DNA of 64,000 nucleotides from Promethearchaeota archaeon. Lineage in GTDB: Archaea; Asgardarchaeota; Lokiarchaeia; Sigyniarchaeales; SOKP01. Shown piece by piece: positions 50,844 through 61,009 of this stretch; positions within the stretch are counted from its first letter, which is position 1, and each line of letters opens with the position of its first letter. A program made the position numbers and the translations under genes. The notes beneath the pieces are model-generated. The model searched no databases, was not told where the DNA came from, and saw only the letters and a list, made by a program, of their open reading frames with translations. The stretch spans positions 32,001 through 96,000 of the forward strand of contig JALGVJ010000001.1 of assembly GCA_029838195.1 (NCBI GenBank), written 5' to 3'.

Positions 50844-51590
50844 GTGGAAAATGACTTGGAGGAAATTATTTATCATGGTTTAGGATTTATCATAATCATA
50901 TTACTATTAATTATTGCGTATAAATTTTTAAGTAATTATAGAATCACGAAACAAAAAGAAATTATCGCGGGACTTCTCATGTTCCTTTTTTTCCTTGCAG
51001 GATTATTTTTCCATAATTCTATTTTTTTATTAAATGTTATTTTCAATTATTATCCAACTATTTCTGATGAACTTTATTATTTTTTTAATTTTGGATTCAT
51101 TCCGGTCGTGTTTCTCTCTTGGTTTTATTGTTTTATGAATATAATATATCCCGAATCAAATAAATTAAAATATACCTTTTACGTTTTAATTATTTTGAGT
51201 ATCATTTATGAAATCTTTTTCGTGGTTTATTTATTTTTTGGAGCGGAATTAGGAGTGCTAATAAATGACCCAAATCATCCCTTTATTATCATGTATCGTT
51301 TTCCCGCTCAATTTATTAGTCTACTTTTAGCAATTATATTAGTGGTAAAATCTATATTGTCTAGAGATCTTGTATTACAACTTAGAGGTATATTTTTAGC
51401 TGTTGTTTTTATTTTTATGGGAATTGGGTTAATTCTTGATACGGGAATATTCGTCAATACCATCCAACAACTAATCGGAAGAATACTTATTATCATTGGA
51501 GCTTATTTTATATATTATGGTTTTTTCCTCACGGAAGATCACAAACTCTTTCAATTCATTTGCCGAGTTTTCTCTATTTCCATGGAATAA
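50844..51590 (+). CDS. Seven-transmembrane protein of unknown function
   Basis: Seven hydrophobic segments by inspection; starts 1 nt after the upstream stop. Confidence 0.7.
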   Translation: MENDLEEIIYHGLGFIIIILLLIIAYKFLSNYRITKQKEIIAGLLMFLFFLAGLFFHNSIFLLNVIFNYYPTISDELYYFFNFGFIPVVFLSWFYCFMNIIYPESNKLKYTFYVLIILSIIYEIFFVVYLFFGAELGVLINDPNHPFIIMYRFPAQFISLLLAIILVVKSILSRDLVLQLRGIFLAVVFIFMGIGLILDTGIFVNTIQQLIGRILIIIGAYFIYYGFFLTEDHKLFQFICRVFSISME

Positions 51591-51911
51591 TTTATAGCCC
51601 TAATATATAAAAAATCCCCGCTCCAATGCCATTCGGGGGGAAATTAGAAAATTTTTTAATGTGTCAATACTACGATTAAACTGATTAGGCGCTATTTTCA
51701 TATTTTAATAATCGGTATAATAGCTGAGTAATTTCATTATAAGATTAGTAATTTTAACTATTTAACAAGGTTTTATAAAAATAATGATGGTTGAAAAAAT
51801 AAAGTTTATAAATTTTTTAATTTATTCAAAATTGATTACTTATTTTTTGAAGGAGAATAAATATTCAAAATTATAATATCTATATGTCTTAAATCTAGGA
51901 GGAAATTACCT

Positions 51912-52481
51912 ATGAGCTTAATTGGAAAGGTAATAATCATTGGAGACGCGGAAGTGGGTAAAAGTAGTCTGCTTTCCAGATATATTGATGGTACTTTTCC
52001 AGACAGATATGATCAAACTGTAGGAGCAAATTTTCTCATTAAAGAAATTGATTTAACTAAAAGGTTAGAAAAAGTTGAAGGTATACCCGATAATTTGAAA
52101 CAAAAAATACTCGAAAAAGGGTTTAAATTATATTTCTGGGATATTGGAGGCCAAAAATCCGTGCTTCCCGTTGTTGAATATTATTTCATACAAGCAGTAG
52201 GTGCTTTAGTGGTATTTAGCCTAGTAAATAAAGAAACTTTTGAGCATGTAGATTTTTGGGTCTCCAAAATGAAAGAGTTTAATGGAGATATTCCATTCAT
52301 CTTAATAGGGAATAAAGCAGATCTTTCTGATCAAAAACTAATTGCTAAATCAGAAATAGAAAAAAAAGCAAAAGAATTGGGCGTAGAATATTTTGAAACT
52401 TCCGCAAAATTGAATCTAAACGTGGATGATGCATTTTTAGAATTAGCCCTTCAAATCTTAAAGCATGCTTTTAGAGGTTAG
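51912..52481 (+). CDS. Rab-like small GTPase
   Basis: GDAEVGKS, TVG, WDIGGQ, GNKAD, ETSAK; ~20-aa insertion after beta-2; no C-terminal Cys. Confidence 0.93.
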   Translation: MSLIGKVIIIGDAEVGKSSLLSRYIDGTFPDRYDQTVGANFLIKEIDLTKRLEKVEGIPDNLKQKILEKGFKLYFWDIGGQKSVLPVVEYYFIQAVGALVVFSLVNKETFEHVDFWVSKMKEFNGDIPFILIGNKADLSDQKLIAKSEIEKKAKELGVEYFETSAKLNLNVDDAFLELALQILKHAFRG

Positions 52482-52582
52482 ATATCAGTCATTTAATAAT
52501 GCATCATCTTCATGACAATTATTTTGAAATCTTTTTAATGATTCATTATATAATAATAAAATTTTAAAGTTCAATTCTAATA

Positions 52583-53308
52583 ATGAGTTACCTATTAATA
52601 CCCATTGCTCCACTATCCCGAACGAAATCACGCTTAAGAGGATGTTTTTCAAAAGAAACATTAAAAGAATTAACTCTAGCCATGTTTATTGATTTGGCTA
52701 CCACCTTACAAGATGTGGGGTGCTTCAAGGAAAAAATAGTATATTGCAATAGTTCCGAGATTTTAGATCTAGCAGAATCTCATGGTTTCATGGCGATAAA
52801 AGAAGAATTGGACTCATCCCCTAAAGTTTTCGATGATACCATCAATCAGTTAAATGATATTGCATTACAAGAAAATGCTAAAAGCACAGTCGTTATTTTT
52901 TTAGACGTGATTTTAATAACTTCTAAAAATTTTTACGAGATTAATTCTCTCTTATCCAAAAATCAATTAGTAATATGCCCGGCAATCCATTCTGCGGGGA
53001 TATCTATTTTGGGAAGAAAACCTCCCGATGTAGTTCCTACTTGTTTTTCCGATCCCCTTAAACCTTCCTTTATTGCCCAAATAAATAAAGCTCGAGAAAT
53101 GGGCTTGTCAAAAATCGCAATATATGACTCATTTCGGGCAGGATTTGATATAGATATTAAACAAGATTTAGTTTTAGCCTACGAGTATTTAAAATTGTTT
53201 AATCTTACTCACACGAGAACTTATAAATTGTTAGAAAAATTTAAGTTCTCCCTTCAAAAAGCGAATAGCAAGGACAATAGAAAATTTTTTATCATTGAAA
53301 AGAAATGA
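52583..53308 (+). CDS. cofC: CofC-like guanylyltransferase (F420 biosynthesis)
   Basis: LIP..L...KSRL, LAM..D, LD..LI, FDID...DL. Confidence 0.7.
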   Translation: MSYLLIPIAPLSRTKSRLRGCFSKETLKELTLAMFIDLATTLQDVGCFKEKIVYCNSSEILDLAESHGFMAIKEELDSSPKVFDDTINQLNDIALQENAKSTVVIFLDVILITSKNFYEINSLLSKNQLVICPAIHSAGISILGRKPPDVVPTCFSDPLKPSFIAQINKAREMGLSKIAIYDSFRAGFDIDIKQDLVLAYEYLKLFNLTHTRTYKLLEKFKFSLQKANSKDNRKFFIIEKK

Positions 53309-53313
53309 CTTCT

Positions 53314-54546
53314 TTAAAAAGAAAACATGATATTTATTTTCACCTCTTCATTCATGACATTGCTAATCGCTTGTTGCAAGGTTTCCCGTTCTTTTTTTAA
53401 AGAACTTAGATATCTCAAGTAATCTTTATTTTTTTTGTCTAAATCATTCTCAAGATGCTCTAACTTCACCGCATTCAGAGATATTTCATTTTTTAACTCT
53501 TTAATTTTTTTATCCAAACCTTGTTCTTGAATTTTTTTCTTGAGTTGTTTTATTCTCTCTTCTATTTGTTTGTATTGCTCTAGATCTTCTAAAAGATATT
53601 TTTCTTCAAAAATTTGGTTAATTTGTTCAATGGTTTTTTCCTTTTTATCTTTTTTAAGATTCAATTTATTTTCTTCCAGAGCATGTCTTAAATTAACCAA
53701 TAATGCTCTAAATTTGGGTAAATCTCTTGATTCTTTAGTTAACGTATTGATGGGGTTCTTTAAAAAATTTTGGATGTAATTTAAATTAATATTGGGTACG
53801 TGGAAAGATTCTCTTTCTAATTCCACTTTCATTTTCTTTAAAGCTTTTTTGAATGCTAAATAATCGTCAATCTTTATCTTCAGCGTGAATTTTTTCTCTT
53901 GTTCTTTTTCTAATTCTCTAAATAACCGATTTTTTTCGAGTTCTACCAATTTTGAATTTAAACTGTTAGCTTTTTTTTCCAAAACTACTTTTTCTTTCTC
54001 AAAAGTTTCTATATCTCTTTTAACATTTTCAATATTTTCTTTTAAAGTAAATAATTTCGGGAATTTTTTCATGAGATCTTCAGCTTCTCTTATTTCTGAA
54101 TATCGTTTTCTTATGAATTTATCAAGAAATTGTTGTTTTTTACCCAATTTTCGCGTGATATAATTTAATTCCTTGATTTCGGGTTGAACTTCCTTTTTAA
54201 ACTTGGGAAGAGATTTACGAGCAATTTCATTAATGGTTGTAAATAATTTTTTAATGGAATTTAATAGATCTTGAAGATTGTCATATGTTATGTTTTTTTC
54301 GGGTATTTTAATATCATCAGTTTCTTTTCTGATCCGTTCCGTGAAAAGTTTCAAGGAACGCATGGTTTTATCGTCAATTCGTTCTTTACCTGCTTCAACA
54401 AAATGATTCATGCTTAATTTAATGCTCACGAGATCTTTATTTATATCGTCCAATAATTTCTGGATGATTTTCTTTTCCTTTGAGAAGATTTCTTCTAATT
54501 GATCTTTATAAAAAGTTTCAAGTTCTTCTAAATTAACTTCAATCAT
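53314..54546 (-). CDS. Coiled-coil hypothetical protein
   Basis: Long K/E-rich helical ORF; start moved to ATG 54546 to avoid overlap with serS. Confidence 0.7.
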   Translation of the reverse strand: MIEVNLEELETFYKDQLEEIFSKEKKIIQKLLDDINKDLVSIKLSMNHFVEAGKERIDDKTMRSLKLFTERIRKETDDIKIPEKNITYDNLQDLLNSIKKLFTTINEIARKSLPKFKKEVQPEIKELNYITRKLGKKQQFLDKFIRKRYSEIREAEDLMKKFPKLFTLKENIENVKRDIETFEKEKVVLEKKANSLNSKLVELEKNRLFRELEKEQEKKFTLKIKIDDYLAFKKALKKMKVELERESFHVPNINLNYIQNFLKNPINTLTKESRDLPKFRALLVNLRHALEENKLNLKKDKKEKTIEQINQIFEEKYLLEDLEQYKQIEERIKQLKKKIQEQGLDKKIKELKNEISLNAVKLEHLENDLDKKNKDYLRYLSSLKKERETLQQAISNVMNEEVKINIMFSF

Positions 54547-54562
54547 TATTTTTATTATTAAA

Positions 54563-55849
54563 TTATTGTTTATTAATAGTTTTCTTTCCTCCCATGTATT
54601 TTTGCAAGACTTTTGGAATGGAGATAGAGCCATCTTCATTTTGATAATTCTCTAAAATGCAACAGATGGTTCTTTCAGTTGCTATTGCCGTAGAATTTAA
54701 TGTATGCACTATCTGTTTTTGCTCCGCACCTCCTACTTTTCCCATCCTAATTTTTAATTTTCGTGCTTGGTAATCCAAGCAATTACTACATGATACTAAT
54801 TCTCTATATGTTTTTGAGGCCGGAAACCATGCTTCTAAATCATATTTCTTAGCAGCATTATCATTTAATTCTCCAGAAGCTATATTTACAATTCGATATG
54901 GGATTTCTAATCCTTGATAAAGTTCTTCCGCATTTCTAATCAATTCTTCATGAAATTGCCAAGAATCTTCCGGTTTACAAAAGATAAATTGTTCTACCTT
55001 TTCAAATTGGTGTATTCTAAAAATTCCTAATGTATCTTTTCCGTGAGAACCAGCTTCTCTTCGGAAGCAGGAAGATATGCCAGCATATTTTAACGGAAGT
55101 CTTTCCGGATCGATTATTTCATCATAATGATACGCAGCGAGCGTTTGTTCAGAGGTCGCAATCATGAAAAGATCCTCATCCTGAACCTTATATAATTGCT
55201 CTTCAAAATCAGCAAGTTCTGCAGCAGCTTTTATGACCTCATGTTTTATGAAAAAGGGAGTCCACATGGGAAAATAGTTTTTTTTCATGAGATGATCTAA
55301 AGCGTAGCGCATGAGAGCTAAATTCAACAATACTAAATCTCCTTTTAAATAATAAAAACGCGATCCTACCACCTCAGAAGCTTTTTTTGTATCAGCTCCA
55401 TTGATTAATTCAATCAAATTCACGTGTGATTCGGGGTCAAAATTAAATTCTGGCAATTTACCTACTTCCCGGATGATCTCATTCCCTTCTTCTGTCTCAG
55501 CTATAGGAACTGATTCGTGAACTATATTTCCCACCATGTACCGAAACTCTTCCCTCTTTTCGAGGTATTCTTTTTGCTTATTCTCTACTCTTTCAATTTG
55601 CGTTTTAATTTGCTTCGATTTCTTAATCGCTTCATTTGCTTCTTTAGTTTTTTTTTCCTTTTTATATTTTCCTATTAAAGTAGAAATTTCATTGCGTTTT
55701 TGACGTAAATCTTGTAATTCTGCTAATGCCGACCTCCATTTCTTGTCATATTCTAATACTTTATCCGCGATTGAAGGGTCCTTAAATCGTTTTCTTTCTG
55801 ATTCTTTAATTACTTCCAAATTTTTCCTAAAAATTTCAATATCAAGCAC
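54563..55849 (-). CDS. serS: Serine--tRNA ligase
   Basis: ATSEQ, CFRREAGSHGKD..GIFR.HQFEKVEQF, ELVSCSNC.DYQAR, HTLNST..ATER. Confidence 0.97.
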   Translation of the reverse strand: MLDIEIFRKNLEVIKESERKRFKDPSIADKVLEYDKKWRSALAELQDLRQKRNEISTLIGKYKKEKKTKEANEAIKKSKQIKTQIERVENKQKEYLEKREEFRYMVGNIVHESVPIAETEEGNEIIREVGKLPEFNFDPESHVNLIELINGADTKKASEVVGSRFYYLKGDLVLLNLALMRYALDHLMKKNYFPMWTPFFIKHEVIKAAAELADFEEQLYKVQDEDLFMIATSEQTLAAYHYDEIIDPERLPLKYAGISSCFRREAGSHGKDTLGIFRIHQFEKVEQFIFCKPEDSWQFHEELIRNAEELYQGLEIPYRIVNIASGELNDNAAKKYDLEAWFPASKTYRELVSCSNCLDYQARKLKIRMGKVGGAEQKQIVHTLNSTAIATERTICCILENYQNEDGSISIPKVLQKYMGGKKTINKQ

Positions 55850-55954
55850 GTTAAATCTCTCTTATTTTATTTTTATTCATTAAAAATCTTCTCAAAAACT
55901 CAATTTTTTTTAATTTTTATGTCAAGACTGAGATCAATTTTGAGGATCTTTTTC

Positions 55955-56410
55955 CTAATGAAGGCGTGAAGATAAACTTGAACGTAATAATCCGGTTTTT
56001 ATTTTCTTTTTATCCCATCCCACGTGATCAATGATTTTCATTATTTTAATACGATTGGATTTTCCCTTTAACCCCAATTCGTCCATGACTTCCCCAGCAA
56101 GTTGTTCTTTAGCTTTGTAGTTTAAAAAGGCCTTTTTAATTCTCTCTTTATCAGAACCCCATTGATCAATAAAAGTCATTAAAATATTTGGTATTAGTCT
56201 TTCTTTAATGTTTAATTCTTGAAGTATATCTCTCGCTAACGTTTCCTTACCCTTTAAAATTAAATATTGTTCTTTTACTTTTTCTGGATCAAGTCCAACT
56301 GAAGAAATGATTCTTTTAACTTGATTCAAAATTAATTTTCCTTCCAAACCTTCATTATTCATGAAATCTATCGCAAATTTCTCAATTTGCTCTTTATCAT
56401 CTCCCGACAT
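55955..56410 (-). CDS. Hypothetical protein of three 46-aa helical repeats
   Basis: E.(F/L)A.(D/E)......(G/N)(L/I)...I...G.D....K...L repeated three times. Confidence 0.75.
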   Translation of the reverse strand: MSGDDKEQIEKFAIDFMNNEGLEGKLILNQVKRIISSVGLDPEKVKEQYLILKGKETLARDILQELNIKERLIPNILMTFIDQWGSDKERIKKAFLNYKAKEQLAGEVMDELGLKGKSNRIKIMKIIDHVGWDKKKIKTGLLRSSLSSRLH

Positions 56411-56898
56411 GGTAATCTCATTATTCTAAAATTAAAGATGTAAGAAAAATTTTAAAGATTCCATTTAACAAAAAAAAATAACTCGCTCTCAGTATTCATT
56501 CAAGTAAAAGTAAATTTATATATTACTTACCGATATTTTTTTATGTAATATTTGACCCGCATGAAAACGTTCTTTTCATTGGTTAAATCATGTTTCCAAT
56601 ACTTCCTGCCTTAACACTTATCATTAATTTTGAACGAAATTAATTTAAATTTCTAATTTTGTCTTGGCTTGTTGAATTCCAACTTGATATTTTTCTCTGC
56701 TCTTTCTTTCCTGATGGATTATTCTTTTTTAACAGGCGATGCAAATTTTAGATCATTCATTGAAGAAAATGAACACTATGTTTTCATAATAACAAAATAT
56801 TTTTTGCCTAATTAATTCAAACTATTAAAGAAATGTTAATCTCTCAATTACAATCATTAAACCAGAATTAATTGGTGGTCCAAAAAAGGGGAATGTAA

Positions 56899-58908
56899 AT
56901 GTCTGGTTCACAGACCAAGGATTCTAATGAAATCCGTATCGGAGTTTATGTTTGTGAATGAGGAGTCAACATTGGACTTTTTGTTGATTGCGCAGCACTT
57001 AAAGAATTTGCTGAAATCCAACCAAATGTCGTGGTGGCAAGGATGAATAAATTTACCTGCAGTGATCCAGGACAAAATCTCATAAAAAATGATATCTTGC
57101 AATTAGATTTAAATAGAATCGTTGTAGCCGCTTGTACTCCTAAAATTCATGAGCCAACTTATCGAGCCGTATTAATTGAAGCCGGTCTAAGCCCTTATTA
57201 TTTTCAAATGGTGAATATTCGCGAACACTGCTCTTTCGTGCATCAAGAGGATAGAGCCGCAGCTACTGAAAAAGCTAAACGACTATTACTTGCCGGCATT
57301 AACCGAGCAAGAGAATTAGAAAGCCTTCCGCGCAAAGAAATTCCCATAACCAAAACCGTTTTAATCGTTGGTGCAGGAATAGCGGGAATGAACGCCGCCT
57401 TAGACTTGGCGAATCAAGGAATTGAAGTCTATTTGGTTGAAAAAGAAGCGACAATTGGCGGCAAAATGGCACAACTTGACCGGATCTTTCCAACCGATGA
57501 TTGTGGAATTTGAGTATTGGCTCCAATCATGGTAAATGCTTCGAAGCATCCTAACATTAATCTCTTTACCTATAGTGAAATCATTGGATTTTCTGGAGTC
57601 ACGGGAGAATATAATGTTAAAATCAGGAAAAATCCAAGATATGTGGATGAATCCAAGTGCACGGGATGCGGATTATGCACCACGAAATGTCCCATAAAAG
57701 TTCCTGATGAATTTAATAGGGGTATTGGAGAGCGGGGCGCTATCTACATTCCGTTTCCTCAAGCCGTTCCAAAACTCGCAGTAATTGATAAAGAGGCTTG
57801 TATAAATTGCCGTAGTTGCGAGAGGGAATGTCCTGCTGAAGCCGTTGATTTTAACCAAGAGGAGCAAATCATTGATGTAAAAGTGGGAGCTATAATAATT
57901 GCGACGGGCTGGGATGAATATCCGATAATAGAGAGTAATGAGTATAATTATGGGATTTATCCGGATGTAATCACTCAGATCGAATTGGAGCGCATGCTAA
58001 GTCCCATTGGTCCTACGAGCGGACATGTATATCGAATCTCTGATGGAACGATTCCGAAAAAAGTAGCGATGATTCAATGTGTTGGGTCTCGTTCCCTGAA
58101 AGCAAACTCTTATTGCAGTGCGGTGTGTTGTAATGTATCGCTGAAAAATGCTCAATTATTAAAACAAGAATATCCGGACATGGAGATCACGATTTTTTAC
58201 ATTGATATTCGAACGTGGGATAAAAATAATGAAGAATATTATCGAAACGTGCGAGGACAAGACATAAAATTCATAAAAGGAAAGCCAGGGGATATAAAAT
58301 TAAATGAAGATGGCACCATGCGATTATACTTTGATCTTTCCTTGGAAAACAAGGTCACATGGAAGGACTTTGATTTAGTGGTATTATCCACGGGAATGAT
58401 CCCTTCGAAAGGTACCAAGGAGATCATTGACATCTTGGGCTTGAGTAAGGGACCAAATGAATTTTTATCCGAAGTACACGGATGCTTAAAGCCCGTAGAA
58501 ACAAAAGATGCAGGAATTTACATTTGTGGGTGCGCGACAGGCCCTAAAAACATTCCATACTCCGTTTCTTCCGCTCTTGCTGCTTCGAGTAAGGCTGCCA
58601 CGTTGTTGTCGAATGACACCTTGAGTCAAGAATTACTCATAGCTGAAGTAGATGAAAATCTCTGCATGGGTTGTCATAGATGTGAAAAAACGTGTGAATT
58701 CGATGCAATTCATGTAAATGAAGAAGAAATTGCTGTAGTAAACGAGCTGAAATGTAGGGGCTGTGGTGCATGCGTTACAAACTGTCCAGCAAGAGCCATT
58801 GAGTTGAAATATTATAGAGATAGCCAATTTGAAGCTGAAATTCAAGGGATTACCTTATTAGGAATGAACTCTCGTAAAGAAAAGGAAAAAGAAAGTATAA
58901 AAAATTAA
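56899..58908 (+). CDS. hdrA: Heterodisulfide reductase subunit A, selenoprotein (669 aa; UGA at codons 21 and 205)
   Basis: One frame from ATG 56899: IRIGVYVCE-TGA(56959)-GVNI ... CS..GQ, AACTP..HE..., NIREHCS.VH, GAGIAG, FPTDDCGI-TGA(57511)-VLAP; IQCVGSR, YCS.VCC, ferredoxin motifs. Both TGAs replace conserved Cys. Confidence 0.93.
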
Positions 58909-58926
58909 ACAAGAAAGATGAGGATA

Positions 58927-59379
58927 ATGAGTGAAAAAATACAAGAAACAAGAACGATTGTAGCGTTCGGGTGTGAAAAATGAGGATATGCCGCCGCTGA
59001 TTTAACAGGAACGACCAGGCGATCTTATTCTCCTAATTTTCACTTGATTCGGGTGAGATGTACCGGACGAGTGGGCGTTCACTTAATAATGCAAGCCTTC
59101 TTGAACGGCGCTGATGGCGTAGCCATTATTTCTTGTCATGAAGGAGAATGTAATTTTGGTCATGCTAACATGAATACATATGCTCACGTTCAAACTTTAA
59201 AGAAAATCTTTCAACAACAAGGGATTCATCCCGATAGAATCCAACAATACTTTTGTGCTGCGGCAGAAGTCGAGAATTTCGTTGCGGCCGTAGAAGACAT
59301 CACGTCACGAGTCTTCGCGTTGCCTCCTCTACCGAAAAAAGGAAATATTAAACCGAATGAGAATGCTCCTCTCAAGTAA
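58927..59379 (+). CDS. mvhD: MvhD/VhuD [2Fe-2S] subunit, selenoprotein (UGA at codon 19)
   Basis: MSEKIQETRTIVAFGCEK-TGA(58981)-GYAAADLTG...IRVRCTGRV...GADGV...CHEGEC; alternative in-frame ATG at 58918. Confidence 0.92.
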
Positions 59380-59425
59380 AACGTAGGTTGAGGGGAAATC
59401 TAACCCGTGGCATGGGTATTCGGTT
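59351..59425 (+). promoter_or_regulatory. Putative multibranch RNA structure over the vhuD stop codon
   Basis: AACCGAAT/ATTCGGTT closes hairpins TCCTCTCAA/TTGAGGGGA and ACCCGT/ATGGGT; the G-U pairs form only on the + strand. Confidence 0.45.
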
Positions 59426-59483
59426 AAACTGAAGTTTTAAGTAATAAAAAATTGTAATTTATTATCACGAGTAAAGACTAAAA

Positions 59484-60995
59484 ATGACTCAAGAAAAAGA
59501 ACTAACGTGGGACTCCTTGAGAAATTTAGCTGATGCCCTAGATTCATATAGAGTACGGGCGTTCATTGATGCTAAAAGGGACATTTTGAGTATGGGAGTC
59601 TACTCCGAGGAGCAATATTACTCCATTTTATTTAAGATGATTGAAGAAGAGAAATTGAAATATGGCTTGTTTGAGGAGATCAAGGAAGGAAACATTTCTC
59701 GATACCATCATTTAAAATCCTTCGCAAGGCGAGTTTCAATCCCTCCTAAAAAAGCGTATAGCTTACTTAAATTACTCCAAGTAGAAAATTTAATACACGT
59801 TGACCCCATCTTGGAAGAAAAAATTGATGTAACTGAAGAACAAGACAAGAATGCATTTTTTACTCCTAAAATTCAAGATCTTAAGATAAAAGTGCTCAAT
59901 AAGGATTTTCTAAAAGTAAAATCAATTTATGAGCCTGTTCGGGTCATTTTTGAGTCTAAAATCTGTTCAGGATGCGCCATGTGCACGAGCACGTGTCCCA
60001 TGAATTGCCTTGACATGTTTAATGGATTTGGTAAATTTGAGGAATCTTCTTGTATTCGCTGCGGATTGTGTTATCTCGTTTGTCCTCGTTCCTTTCTCCC
60101 AATAGATGTAATGCACATGACAGTGGAGGAATCTGATGTGGTTAATAATTATTCAGTAATAGGAACGTACCTGGAGATTCATTCGGCTCGCACTAAAATT
60201 AAGAAGATTGCTACTAATTGTCAAGATGGAGGGATTTCCAGCACCATTCTCTATTATCTTTTTGAAAAAGGTATGATTAATCGTGCGGTTGGCGCAACAA
60301 TGAGTACTACGCCATGGAGGCCAGAACCCATGATTTTACACCAGAAGGAGGAGGTTTTTTTAACTCTAGGGACTAAATACGTGAATAATCCATCGCTTAA
60401 AATGCTAAAACAATTCAACGGCACTAAGGACCCCGTAGCCGTTGTTGGCGTTCCTTGCATGATGCAAGCTCTATTAAAAGCTCAAATTTATGATGTTAAT
60501 CTTCCATTTATCAACAATATAAAATATCGAATTGGTATTTTTTGCATGGAATCCTTTTCTTATCAATCTCTCTTAGAGATTTGTAATAAACTTGACGTGG
60601 ATATCAAACAAGTTAGCAAGATGGATATCAACAAGGGCAAGTTCTTCCTGTACACGAAAGACGGACAAAATAAGAGTATTCCAATGAAAGAAATCTCCCA
60701 CCTCGCTCGTGAAGATTGCGAGGTCTGCCCTGACCTCACGTCAGAAGCCGCTGATATTTCAGTAGGATCTATTGGCTCCGCCCCCGGATTCAACACGGTG
60801 ATCATCAGAACCCAAAAAGGAAAGAATCTCTACGAGAAATTAATCGAAAATGATTTTATAGAATCCCACGAATTGGAAAATGATTCCCCTAACCTCTCCT
60901 TACTGTTTAAAATCGCCAATTCTAAAAAAAATAAGTGTAAAAAACACTTGAAGGAGAAAAAAAATAATAACTTGCGACATCCCCTATATTACTAG
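59484..60995 (+). CDS. FrhB/FdhB-family F420-binding subunit with ferredoxin domain and N-terminal extension
   Basis: CSGCAMC...CP, CIRCGLC..VCP, QDGG..S, GTKY, VGVPC, IGIFCMESF, C..C.D.TSE.ADISVGSIG...G..TVI.RT.KG. Confidence 0.9.
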   Translation: MTQEKELTWDSLRNLADALDSYRVRAFIDAKRDILSMGVYSEEQYYSILFKMIEEEKLKYGLFEEIKEGNISRYHHLKSFARRVSIPPKKAYSLLKLLQVENLIHVDPILEEKIDVTEEQDKNAFFTPKIQDLKIKVLNKDFLKVKSIYEPVRVIFESKICSGCAMCTSTCPMNCLDMFNGFGKFEESSCIRCGLCYLVCPRSFLPIDVMHMTVEESDVVNNYSVIGTYLEIHSARTKIKKIATNCQDGGISSTILYYLFEKGMINRAVGATMSTTPWRPEPMILHQKEEVFLTLGTKYVNNPSLKMLKQFNGTKDPVAVVGVPCMMQALLKAQIYDVNLPFINNIKYRIGIFCMESFSYQSLLEICNKLDVDIKQVSKMDINKGKFFLYTKDGQNKSIPMKEISHLAREDCEVCPDLTSEAADISVGSIGSAPGFNTVIIRTQKGKNLYEKLIENDFIESHELENDSPNLSLLFKIANSKKNKCKKHLKEKKNNNLRHPLYY

Positions 60996-61009
60996 CCTTG
61001 AAAACCTAT

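Noticed and set aside
58864-58935. SECIS at the hdrA/vhuD junction (ATGAACTC...GAGTGA)
   Set aside because: Only 4 bp next to the core and a ~40-nt A-rich unpaired loop; geometry does not fit.
56899-59379. hdrA/mvhD as pseudogenes, or genome-wide UGA reassignment
   Set aside because: All three TGAs fall on conserved Cys with no other lesions; TGA ends many complete genes here and Trp is encoded by TGG.
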